12,202 nt of DNA from an uncultured archaeon (GCA_964583985.1 CAZOYD010000087.1:1-12202), one strand, 5' to 3'. Shown: positions 1 through 8,067, counted from the first letter of the stretch. The notes: generated by a model not told the origin, from the letters alone. Made by a program: numbers and translations.

Positions 1-31
1 GATTCTACCATCTAATAGAAAAACTTCAAAA

Positions 32-39
32 TATATAAA
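32..39 (+). promoter_or_regulatory. Candidate archaeal TATA box for fwdA
   Basis: TATATAAA at 32-39, about 42 nt upstream of the fwdA ATG, with an A-rich stretch before it. A weak AAGGGAA RBS-like motif lies at 69-75. The AT-rich background limits certainty. Confidence 0.4.
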
Positions 40-81
40 ACATAATTCTAATCTATGTATAGTTATTAAAGGGAATATATC

Positions 82-1803
82 ATGAGTGATTTAATTATCA
101 AGAATGGTTTAGTGTATGACCCAACCCACAAGATTGAAGGTGAAAAGAAAGATATTCATATTAAAGATGGTTTTATCGTCGAAAAAGTCAATGGAAAGGC
201 AAAAGTCATCGATGCATCGGGTTTAATCGTCATGCCCGGCGGAGTAGACATTCATAGTCATATCGCTGGAGCAAAAGTCAATGTTGGCAGATCCCTCCGA
301 CCAGAAGATAAAGTGCCTGAAAGCAATGATAAAGCCACGAAGATGACTCGCGCGGGCACTGGTTTCAGCGTTCCAAGCACCTGGAAAACGGGATATATGT
401 ATACAAAGATGGGATATACCACGGTCGCTGAACCTGCAATGCCGCTCTTGGAGGCTCGTCATACACATGAAGAGTTCAACGATATCCCCATTATTGACAA
501 GCTAGCGATGCCAATTTTAGGAAATAATTGGTATGTCCTGCAATATGTCCGAGATAATGACATTGAGAAATTAGCAGCTTATATAAACTGGGTAATGGAT
601 GTCACCAAAGGGTATGCCATCAAAATAGTGAACCCTGGAGGGGTAGAAAATTGGGCTTGGGGTAAAAATTGCGAAGATGTTGACACTCCAGTGCTATACT
701 GGGATGTTACACCGAGGAGAATTGTCGAAGCTCTTTCAAAAGCCAACGAAATTCTGGAATTACCGCATTCCATACACATCCATTGCAATAATTTAGGCCA
801 TCCAGGAAATTTTACCCATTCAATGGAAACTTGGGACATTACAAAAGATATTGAACCAAAAGGAAGAGAAATTAGAAACACTCATTGTACTCACGTTCAA
901 TTTAATGCTTATGCGGGGGAAAATTGGGGAAATTTCGAATCAGGAGCTCCCCAAATTGCTAAATATGTCAATTCACACAAGCATTTAACGATAGATTGTG
1001 GTCAAGTCGTTTTTACTAAATATGCAACCACTACCATGACTGGAGACGGGCCGTGGGAATTCGCGCTGCATCATTTAGGCGGAATGAGCAGTTGGGGTTG
1101 TAAACCAGGAGTTAAATGGATTAATGGAGGCATAGAGGGTGAGTCAGGATCAGGTATTGTTCCTTATTTCTTCGAAGCCAAAAATGGCGTCAATGCGGTA
1201 CAATGGGCCATTGGTCTTGAATTAATGCTCTTGGTAGAAGATCCTTGGCAAATAGCATTTACAACAGATCATCCTAATGGCGCACCATTTACTACATACC
1301 CAATAGCGTTCAAATGGCTAATGGATAAGAAGACCCGGGAGGAGATGCTTGAAAAAGTGGTCTCGAAGAAAGCGAGTAGCGCATCTACATTGGCAAATCT
1401 TGATCGAGAATATACATTGAACGAACTATGCATAGTCACGCGAGCTGGAAATGCAAAGAATTTAGGATTGAAAGATAGAGGTCATTTAGGCATCGGGGCT
1501 ATCGGAGACGTTTCGATCTACAATATAAATCCTGAAAGCTATACGGGATATGATATTGAAAAAGCGTTCTCAAATGCGGCGTATACCATAAAAGAAGGTC
1601 AGGTTGTTGCAAAAAATGGTGAAATCATGGCAACACCAAAGGGCACTCTTATCCAAGCAAAGGGCAAGATTAAGAAAGATATCCATGAAGCAATGCTTGA
1701 GGATATTCAATTACACTGGCGCGATCATTACAGTATTAATTTTAATAATTACGCGGTTCAAGATGCTTACGCACCTAAAGTGAAGATGGTAACTTCTAGC
1801 TAA
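82..1803 (+). CDS. fwdA: Formylmethanofuran dehydrogenase subunit A (amidohydrolase-fold subunit)
   Basis: 573 aa. Motifs: MPGGVDIHSH (HxH metal site), GYTTVAEPA, KIVNPGG, PHSIHIHCNNLGHPGN, THVQF, TMTGDGP, QWAIGLEL, TTDHPNGAPF and GHLGIGAIGD. Length and motifs are typical of FwdA/FmdA. Confidence 0.96.
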   Translation: MSDLIIKNGLVYDPTHKIEGEKKDIHIKDGFIVEKVNGKAKVIDASGLIVMPGGVDIHSHIAGAKVNVGRSLRPEDKVPESNDKATKMTRAGTGFSVPSTWKTGYMYTKMGYTTVAEPAMPLLEARHTHEEFNDIPIIDKLAMPILGNNWYVLQYVRDNDIEKLAAYINWVMDVTKGYAIKIVNPGGVENWAWGKNCEDVDTPVLYWDVTPRRIVEALSKANEILELPHSIHIHCNNLGHPGNFTHSMETWDITKDIEPKGREIRNTHCTHVQFNAYAGENWGNFESGAPQIAKYVNSHKHLTIDCGQVVFTKYATTTMTGDGPWEFALHHLGGMSSWGCKPGVKWINGGIEGESGSGIVPYFFEAKNGVNAVQWAIGLELMLLVEDPWQIAFTTDHPNGAPFTTYPIAFKWLMDKKTREEMLEKVVSKKASSASTLANLDREYTLNELCIVTRAGNAKNLGLKDRGHLGIGAIGDVSIYNINPESYTGYDIEKAFSNAAYTIKEGQVVAKNGEIMATPKGTLIQAKGKIKKDIHEAMLEDIQLHWRDHYSINFNNYAVQDAYAPKVKMVTSS

Positions 1804-1812
1804 TTTTTTTTT
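1804..1812 (+). terminator. Oligo-T tract, probable archaeal terminator of fwdA
   Basis: T9 run directly after the fwdA TAA. Confidence 0.5.
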
Positions 1813-2032
1813 ACTTGTTTTAACTGGTTATAACCCAAAATTTCCTAATTCTTTTTCAAAAGCACTTGAAATAGTTAAAATTATATTCATAGTTTAAAAC
1901 TTGAGCTAATAAACAGTTATAATTACTGAAAAAAAAAATTAGGAATTTGTATTAAGCGAGTGTAATTCTTAAAAATCAATGAATCTCTTGACTCGTAATT
2001 TTATAAGCATCCGTTCGATAGATATATTAATC

Positions 2033-2251
2033 ATGATTCACGAATCAATAAACACGAAAAAGTGCTGTGATTGCGGTCTCCCCATCCCTTTTACCCATTT
2101 TATGGCGATTAATCCTTCTTTATCAAGTAAAGACGCAAAAGAATTGTATAAAAACCCGTTGATCCGGATATATTGCCCGAATTGCTATTTTCAACGCCCA
2201 GAAAGACCGTATAAGAAGAAAAGAAGACCTTATTATTATAACATCTCTTAA
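2033..2251 (+). CDS. Small Cys4 zinc-ribbon protein with a basic C-terminus (hypothetical)
   Basis: CCDCG...CPNCY (two CxxC pairs) followed by RPERPYKKKRRP. The ORF track starts at 1979, but ATG 2033 lies about 26 nt downstream of a TTTTATAAG box (1999-2007), which suggests a leaderless start there. Confidence 0.7.
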   Translation: MIHESINTKKCCDCGLPIPFTHFMAINPSLSSKDAKELYKNPLIRIYCPNCYFQRPERPYKKKRRPYYYNIS

Positions 2252-2362
2252 TCCGAAGAGTGAGATTTACCACATGATTTTTTTCAGAGAGAAGATAAAC
2301 CTAAATAATCTTATTTAACAAATATTTAAAGTAATAAAAGAATGATTTTAGAGTGTTGTTAA

Positions 2363-3163
2363 ATGAATCAGAAACCGCACATTATTGCACGATGTGGTGA
2401 TGTTGAGAAAGCTCCGGAGAACACGTTACCAGCATTTAAGAGTGCGATCTCGAGAGGAGCAGACGGTGTAGAACTAGATGTCCATTTCACAGTAGATAAA
2501 AAACTCGTCGTTCAACATTTTTATAACCTAGGTGCGACAGATAATGGTGAAGGGCTCGTAAGTGAATTTACACTGGAAGAGTTGAAAGCATTAGATTCAG
2601 GAAGCTGGTTTGACAAGCAATTTATAGGAGAGTCGAAACCAACATTGAGCGAGGTTTTTGATTTATGCAAGGGTAGGATTAGGTTCGAAATTGATTTGAA
2701 GGATTCAAGCTTAATTTTTTTAAACAAGGTAATTGATGAAATTGTGAGATTTGATCTCTTGGATGATGTAGAGCTTACAACTGCTCATTATCCGTTATTG
2801 GCACAAATTAAGAAAACCAATCCTAAATTGCGAACTGGAACATTTTTCTATAAGCCTCCTGATTGGATGCCAGTACGTCTTGCTCAAAAACATATCCTTG
2901 ACTGGGTCAGCTTGCTGGGAATAGATACTATTCATTTAAACATCTCATTGATTACAATAGATTTTGTGGACAAATTGCATCAATGTGGATTTATCGTGTA
3001 TGGTTCAAATCTAGATTTAGCAGATCAAATTAATAGAGGGCTGAATTTAGATATCGATTCATTCTCAACAAGCCATCTAGGAATTGCTTTAAAGCTACGA
3101 GATGAATTTTATAAGCAAGATTCTCGATACTATCTACAAGCGCACGATAATTCTTTATTATAA
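2363..3163 (+). CDS. Glycerophosphodiester phosphodiesterase (GDPD/UgpQ-like) family protein with a non-canonical active site
   Basis: APENTLPAF, GADGVELDV, TLEELKALDSGSWF, PTLSEV and FVDKLH are GDPD-family motifs. The canonical HRG reads RCG and HD reads HF. Confidence 0.88.
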   Translation: MNQKPHIIARCGDVEKAPENTLPAFKSAISRGADGVELDVHFTVDKKLVVQHFYNLGATDNGEGLVSEFTLEELKALDSGSWFDKQFIGESKPTLSEVFDLCKGRIRFEIDLKDSSLIFLNKVIDEIVRFDLLDDVELTTAHYPLLAQIKKTNPKLRTGTFFYKPPDWMPVRLAQKHILDWVSLLGIDTIHLNISLITIDFVDKLHQCGFIVYGSNLDLADQINRGLNLDIDSFSTSHLGIALKLRDEFYKQDSRYYLQAHDNSLL

Positions 3164-3376
3164 TATAATTTCTTCTCTTTGTTTCGTAACTCATCAGTCA
3201 CCAAAAAAAAATGCAAATTTTTCTTGTATTTCATGATTTAATGGGCATTTTTCCTATTTAGGATGGAACGTAAGACGGAGTAATTATTAAACTAACAATT
3301 TTTAAGTGTAAAATTACAGAAAATTAATTTTAAATGTAAAAATTTCATTAAATAAAAACTAAATCTTAATACAATT

Positions 3377-3565
3377 TTAATACGCTAAATTTTCTAACAA
3401 GATTTCCTTGTGCATTCTTCGCGCCTGCGAGATTTCGTTCAGAATTTTTTTATCTCGGCAATCAGCGCAAATATCATGCACTTTTAACCATCTTAGCTGT
3501 CCACATTCGGGACAGATAAATTCTTTTACTACCAATTTCATGTGTTTTTCACGTTTTTTTCTCAT
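3377..3565 (-). CDS. CPxCG-type zinc-finger microprotein (62 aa; alternative start 3541)
   Basis: FICPECG-x11-CADC. A TTTAAA box lies about 30 nt upstream (3595-3600) on the minus strand. Confidence 0.72.
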   Translation of the reverse strand: MRKKREKHMKLVVKEFICPECGQLRWLKVHDICADCRDKKILNEISQARRMHKEILLENLAY

Positions 3566-3781
3566 TTCTTTAATAGATTATATTATTAAATCCATTTAAA
3601 TGATTTCACCATATACTATAGAGAATATATATTAGTTTTTATATGGTTTTTTATTTGAGAAAATGATGAATAGGGAATTGAATTTTTCATCTATATATAC
3701 TGAAGAAAATTTAAATAAAAATAAGCTCCTAATAAGTATTAATCATAATTTTGGAATAAAATCCGTGAACGTAAATCAACC

Positions 3782-4306
3782 ATGAGTTTTGGTAAAAGCT
3801 TTCTGATTAATTTTGTCTCAATACTGGTATTAAACACCGGTTTTATTATGTTAGCATATACTTTTGGCTATGGATTTAATGATTTGATCACCGAAATTTC
3901 AATGGAGCCGATTTATATCTTGTATTTGTTATTTTGTCCTTTAGGACGAGCGATTTGGTTAAATTTTGATGGGATGATTTATGCCGTACAGGCAGCAACG
4001 TTCTCGATACTAATTCTTAACATCGCGTATCTGATGGCTCCTTTATGCGCGGTTATCATTACAGGAAGAATGAGCGACGATAAAATCAATTCATTGCTTG
4101 CTTTCATGGCAACCGCTATCATCAGCATGATTGTTTGTATCATCTTAGTGCTTTATAGTATTCCGCTTCAGATTGAGATTGGTCAAGATTTCACTCAGAG
4201 CATGGCAATTCTCAATGTAGTATTAGGAAGCGTGATAAATGGATGCCTCTATGGCCTCATTGCTCTTGCGCTTACAAGGAAAAAAAAGCACATCATAATC
4301 GATTAA
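3782..4306 (+). CDS. Hypothetical integral membrane protein (about 4-5 TM helices)
   Basis: 174 aa with repeated hydrophobic segments of about 20 aa and a basic C-terminal RKKK. No family motif recognised. Confidence 0.8.
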   Translation: MSFGKSFLINFVSILVLNTGFIMLAYTFGYGFNDLITEISMEPIYILYLLFCPLGRAIWLNFDGMIYAVQAATFSILILNIAYLMAPLCAVIITGRMSDDKINSLLAFMATAIISMIVCIILVLYSIPLQIEIGQDFTQSMAILNVVLGSVINGCLYGLIALALTRKKKHIIID

Positions 4307-4446
4307 TGATTTCTAATTATCAAACAATAATCATCTTACAATATCAACAATTTTTATAGATAGGATAGTATCAATTCCCTAATTATTAACCTTTAAATTA
4401 GGATATATCGATTATATAATAATTAATAATTTATAAGTAATTTAAA

Positions 4447-5343
4447 ATGATAAGTAAAGGAATGGAAGCAGTGATCAAGCTCTTAAAAAACAGTGCTGAC
4501 ACGGTGTTGAAAAATCGGGTGAAAGAATCACGGAAAGGCTTGGATGTGCTAGCATCATTAATAAAGCTTCCAAAAGACATGATCATTGAGGAAGTTAACA
4601 TCGATGGAATGAATGCTGCTTGGATATCCGTTCCATCCTGCACTCCTGATAACGTTGTTTTATACCTCCACGGGGGAGGTTACATCTCGGGTTCTCTCAT
4701 TTCCCATCAAGATCTTGCGATGAGGATCAGTCGAGCAGCAAGAATACGAGTGTTTCTAATAGAATACCGGTTAGCTCCAGAACACCCATTTCCTGCTGCC
4801 CTTGAAGATGCGATCAACGCATATAAGTGGCTAATTAACGATCAGAAAATAAATCCTAAAAAGATCGTGATCGCGGGCGATTCTGCGGGAGGAGGATTGA
4901 CCTTGGTTACATTGATCAAGCTCAGAGATGAGAATATTACGCTACCCGCAGCAGGAGCGTGTCTTTCTCCATGGACTGATCTCGCCTTGACGGGTGAATC
5001 GTTTAAACGGAACGTTAAAATTGATCCCTTTCTAAAAGATTATGATATTTTTTTTATGGCTCGGCAATACGTTGGATATGATGACCCAAAAAACCCATAC
5101 ATATCTCCTTTATACGCAGATTTGCATGACTTGCCGCCAATTCTCATGCATGTTGGAACTAATGAATTAATTCAAGATGATACCACGCGATTTGCCGAAA
5201 AGGCTAAGAAGGCGGGTGTTGATGTTACATTAGAAGTTTTTGATGGGATGATCCACGTTTTCCAAGCGTTCAGTGCCTGGGCTCCAGAAGGTCAAGAAGC
5301 GATTGATAAAATAGGAGAATATATACAAGAAAAGTTAAAATAA
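4447..5343 (+). CDS. Alpha/beta hydrolase, family IV (HSL-like, Abhydrolase_3) esterase/lactonase
   Basis: LYLHGGGY oxyanion motif, YRLAPEHPFPAALED, GDSAGG nucleophile elbow, LSPWTD, SPL and GMIHVF catalytic His region. Confidence 0.94.
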   Translation: MISKGMEAVIKLLKNSADTVLKNRVKESRKGLDVLASLIKLPKDMIIEEVNIDGMNAAWISVPSCTPDNVVLYLHGGGYISGSLISHQDLAMRISRAARIRVFLIEYRLAPEHPFPAALEDAINAYKWLINDQKINPKKIVIAGDSAGGGLTLVTLIKLRDENITLPAAGACLSPWTDLALTGESFKRNVKIDPFLKDYDIFFMARQYVGYDDPKNPYISPLYADLHDLPPILMHVGTNELIQDDTTRFAEKAKKAGVDVTLEVFDGMIHVFQAFSAWAPEGQEAIDKIGEYIQEKLK

Positions 5344-5354
5344 CATTTAGAGAA

Positions 5355-6797
5355 TTATCGAATTTTCTTATCTTCGATTTCAATTCCTAATTCCCGCAGT
5401 TTATTCCGGATTTGATCGCTCATTTCAAATAATTTCTTTTCTCTTAGTTGATCTCTTATAGTCGTGATCAAGTCTACCAAGTTTTTAATCATGACTCCTT
5501 GTTCATCCGAACCACTACCAAGACTTAAAACTTTATTTTCCATATCGGGAAAGACGCCTAAAATAGAATCGATTTTTTCAATAAAATCCACGAACGATTT
5601 TTTAAATGACGCGTTGATTTTTTTTCCATCTTGAAGGATCACTTTATTAATCTCTCGAAATAGCGATAAGATCTCTGCGATTGCGATTGGTGTGTCGAAG
5701 TCATCATCCATGGCTTTAATTATATTTTCAAACGTACCTTCTATTTTTACAATTAGGTCATCCATGTCCTTACTTGCCGTCTTGATAATGGGACTGGTAT
5801 ATATCTTTTTAATCGTATTAAATAATCGATTATATTCTTTTTTCGACTGCTCCAAACTATTTGGTGAATAATTTATAGAACTTCGATAATGGCTCGATAT
5901 TAAATACCACCGAACCACCATCGGATCATATTGTTTTAATATATCTATTGCCAAGAAGTAATTCCCAAGGCTTTTAGACATCTTTTCATCATCTGTATTT
6001 ATGAATCCATTATGGATGAAATAATTCGAAAAGGTTTTGCCGGTATAGGATTCCGATTGCGCGATCTCATTCGGATGGTGTGGAAATTTGAGATCCTGGC
6101 CACCACCATGAATGTCAATGGTTTCTCCCAAGAGGTTAAGTACCATCACGGAGCATTCAATATGCCACCCAGGTCTTCCTTTTCCCCATGGGCTCTCCCA
6201 ATATGGTTCCCCTTCTTTCATTTTTTTCCAGAGTGCAAAATCCTTAGGATCTCGTTTATCTTCTCCAAATTGAGTATCTTGATCTGGTGCTAAATCTGCT
6301 TCATCCCCATTAGATTCGGTCTCTTTAGCTCGTCTGAAAAACGTATTGTATTTTTTATAAGTATTTACCGAAAAATACACTGAACCATTATTTTCATACG
6401 CATTCCCTTTTTTAATGAGTACTTGTATGAAATCGATAATTTTAGGTATGAATTCCGTCGCTCGAGGGTTATATGTATCCGCTTTTACGTTTAATGCACG
6501 CATTATTTCTTCATATTCAAAGATATAAGGTTCACTGAGCTCCTTGTAAGTTATATTCTTTTTATTTGCTCTCTCTATAATTTTATCATCTATGTCGGTA
6601 TAATTCTTTGCTACAAAAACTTTATATCCTTTAAATTGGAGATAACGGTGAATCAAATCAAACACTACAGCAGATTTCACATGACCGATATGCGCGGAAT
6701 CATAAACGGTGGGACCGCACACGTACATTTTAACTTCATTTGAATTGATCGATTTAAACTCTTCCTTTTCAAATGTAAGACTGTTATAGATTTTCAC
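5355..6797 (-). CDS. cysS: Cysteine--tRNA ligase (class I CysRS)
   Basis: MYVCGPTVY, AHIGH, NYTDIDDKII, DFALWK, SPWGKGRPGWHIECS, DIHGGGQDLKFPHHPNE, KMSKSLGN and C-terminal SDQIRNKLRELGIEIED. GTG start with AGGAG 11 nt upstream. Confidence 0.98.
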   Translation of the reverse strand: MKIYNSLTFEKEEFKSINSNEVKMYVCGPTVYDSAHIGHVKSAVVFDLIHRYLQFKGYKVFVAKNYTDIDDKIIERANKKNITYKELSEPYIFEYEEIMRALNVKADTYNPRATEFIPKIIDFIQVLIKKGNAYENNGSVYFSVNTYKKYNTFFRRAKETESNGDEADLAPDQDTQFGEDKRDPKDFALWKKMKEGEPYWESPWGKGRPGWHIECSVMVLNLLGETIDIHGGGQDLKFPHHPNEIAQSESYTGKTFSNYFIHNGFINTDDEKMSKSLGNYFLAIDILKQYDPMVVRWYLISSHYRSSINYSPNSLEQSKKEYNRLFNTIKKIYTSPIIKTASKDMDDLIVKIEGTFENIIKAMDDDFDTPIAIAEILSLFREINKVILQDGKKINASFKKSFVDFIEKIDSILGVFPDMENKVLSLGSGSDEQGVMIKNLVDLITTIRDQLREKKLFEMSDQIRNKLRELGIEIEDKKIR

Positions 6798-6808
6798 GAT
6801 ATTTCAAA

Positions 6809-6815
6809 CTCCTTT
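6809..6815 (-). promoter_or_regulatory. Shine-Dalgarno-like site for cysS
   Basis: The minus strand reads AAAGGAG-N11-GTG. Confidence 0.55.
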
Positions 6816-6850
6816 AAAAAACGTATGATTAATAGCACGATAAATATAAG

Positions 6851-6930
6851 AGCCAGCGATGGGATTTGCACCCATGCTGCTGAAAGCAACGGCTCTGCAG
6901 GCCGCCTCCTTACTACTCGGATACGCTGGC
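6851..6930 (-). tRNA. tRNA-Cys(GCA), atypical: long variable arm, CCA not encoded
   Basis: Minus strand GCCAGCG UA UCC GAGUAGUAA GGA G GCGGC CU-GCA-GA GCCGU UGCUUUCAGCAGC AUGGG UGCAAAU CCCAU CGCUGGC U. It has a 7-bp acceptor stem, 3-bp D stem, 5-bp anticodon stem with GCA (6898-6896) and G37, 5-bp T stem and a U73 discriminator (Cys identity). It lies immediately upstream of cysS. Confidence 0.93.
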
Positions 6931-7043
6931 GTGATTTTCTTAACTAATTTTTTTTAATTAAATTAATGCTTATTATTTTTAAAAAGTAAATTAAGCTAAA
7001 AATTTTTGTTAATGCGTTAAAAAATGTTTATTTTAGACAAATT

Positions 7044-7544
7044 TCAGAACACGCATTTTTTGCAGCATTCCCCAGTTGAATCTAAAATGCAACTTCCAAA
7101 ATTAAAATCAAATGGCAAAACAAAATCGTTTATTACATCGGTAATTATGTCGATATAAACAGCTGAGACATTAGGGTTCTTTCTAAAATGCATATTAACC
7201 ATTTCATCAAGATGGGATAATTTAGAACAAATCACGAGAATACTGAGATTGAAAGTGCCACTCAAACGAAATGCATTTAACATGTATGGACACTGTTTAA
7301 CAAGGTTTATAATCTCTTCAGGTTCTAAAGTCTGAATTTCAATCCGAGCAAAGATTAAATCCATGGTTTTCACGTTTATACCTGCTTGGAATTTTAAAAC
7401 TCCCGCTTTTTCAAGCTTTCGAATTCTCATACCTATCGTGGGTTGGCTTCGATCGACCCTCTTTGCGATTTCTGTATGAGTAAGAGCCGGTTCTTTCTGA
7501 ATTATTTCAATTATGCTCTTATCTATCTCGTCTATATTTATCAA
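7044..7544 (-). CDS. Lrp/AsnC family transcriptional regulator with a Cys-rich C-terminal tail
   Basis: IDEIDKSIIEIIQ...THTEIAKRVDRSQPTIGMRIRKLEKAGVL HTH, then a RAM-like domain (AFRLSGTFNL) and the tail CILDSTGECCKKC. TTG start. Confidence 0.92.
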   Translation of the reverse strand: MINIDEIDKSIIEIIQKEPALTHTEIAKRVDRSQPTIGMRIRKLEKAGVLKFQAGINVKTMDLIFARIEIQTLEPEEIINLVKQCPYMLNAFRLSGTFNLSILVICSKLSHLDEMVNMHFRKNPNVSAVYIDIITDVINDFVLPFDFNFGSCILDSTGECCKKCVF

Positions 7545-7721
7545 TTTTTTATTACTTCATTTAGTATTTTTTTTTTGTAATATTCATTAATAACGATATG
7601 CCGATATATAAATGTTACGATGGTTTATAAAATAATTATTAATTTATATTAATAGATCATTAGAAATATCTTTAAATGCGATTATAATCAATTCTTCTCA
7701 AATACATTTGTACATTATTAG

Positions 7722-8057
7722 ATGAGTGACCTAAAAACAGACTTTATAAAGTTTTTAAAAGTTTTAGCAGATCAAACGCGATTGGATATTTTAGAGTTAT
7801 TGCGATATGAAAAAAAGACTGCTTCTGAAATTCAATCGGCGTTAAGCAAATCTCAATCGACGATTTCTCAACATTTACAGACTCTATCTAATAAAAATCT
7901 AATTATTCTTGAAAAAATAGACAATGTTAATACTTATACCATCAAAGATCCCGATATTTTTAAGCTCTTTTTAGAAATTAATTATTTTGTTATGAAAATT
8001 AATCAAGAAAAACTTAAAGATCTTAGAGATTTGGATGTTATCGATACATTATTATGA
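7722..8057 (+). CDS. ArsR/SmtB family winged-helix regulator
   Basis: FLKVLADQTRLDILELL...TASEI...SQSTISQHLQTL...LI. Divergent from the Lrp gene. Confidence 0.92.
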   Translation: MSDLKTDFIKFLKVLADQTRLDILELLRYEKKTASEIQSALSKSQSTISQHLQTLSNKNLIILEKIDNVNTYTIKDPDIFKLFLEINYFVMKINQEKLKDLRDLDVIDTLL

Positions 8058-8067
8058 TCAATCCATA

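Noticed and set aside
223-881. Minus-strand ORFs 223-468 and 579-881
   Set aside because: Antisense shadows inside the well-supported fwdA, with no motifs.
2521-2727. Minus-strand 68-aa ORF
   Set aside because: Antisense shadow of the GDPD gene.
3297-3344. Imperfect 19-bp direct repeat (AATTTTTAAGTGTAAAATT / AATTTTAAATGTAAAAATT)
   Set aside because: Only two degenerate copies in very AT-rich DNA; not a CRISPR array and plausible by chance.
3408-3599. Plus-strand 63-aa Cys-containing ORF
   Set aside because: Overlaps the minus-strand CPxCG gene, which has the coherent paired CxxC motif.
4431-4643. Minus-strand 70-aa ORF
   Set aside because: Antisense to the esterase.
6012-6293. Plus-strand 93-aa ORF
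   Set aside because: Antisense to the conserved core of cysS.
6851-6930. Possibility that the long-armed tRNA is tRNA-Sec or carries an intron
   Set aside because: The anticodon is GCA not UCA, the fold is 7/5 with a 3-bp D stem and U73. Restoring a normal loop would need an 8-9 nt intron, and I see no bulge-helix-bulge.
7722-8057. ArsR protein as a persulfide (BigR/SqrR) or metal sensor
   Set aside because: The protein has no Cys and only the structural SQHL His, so the known sensing sites are absent.
8035-8067. ArsR-GTPase overlap or frameshift fusion
   Set aside because: The genes are in different frames, there is no obvious slippery site, and downstream ATGs at 8068/8095 explain the GTPase without overlap.
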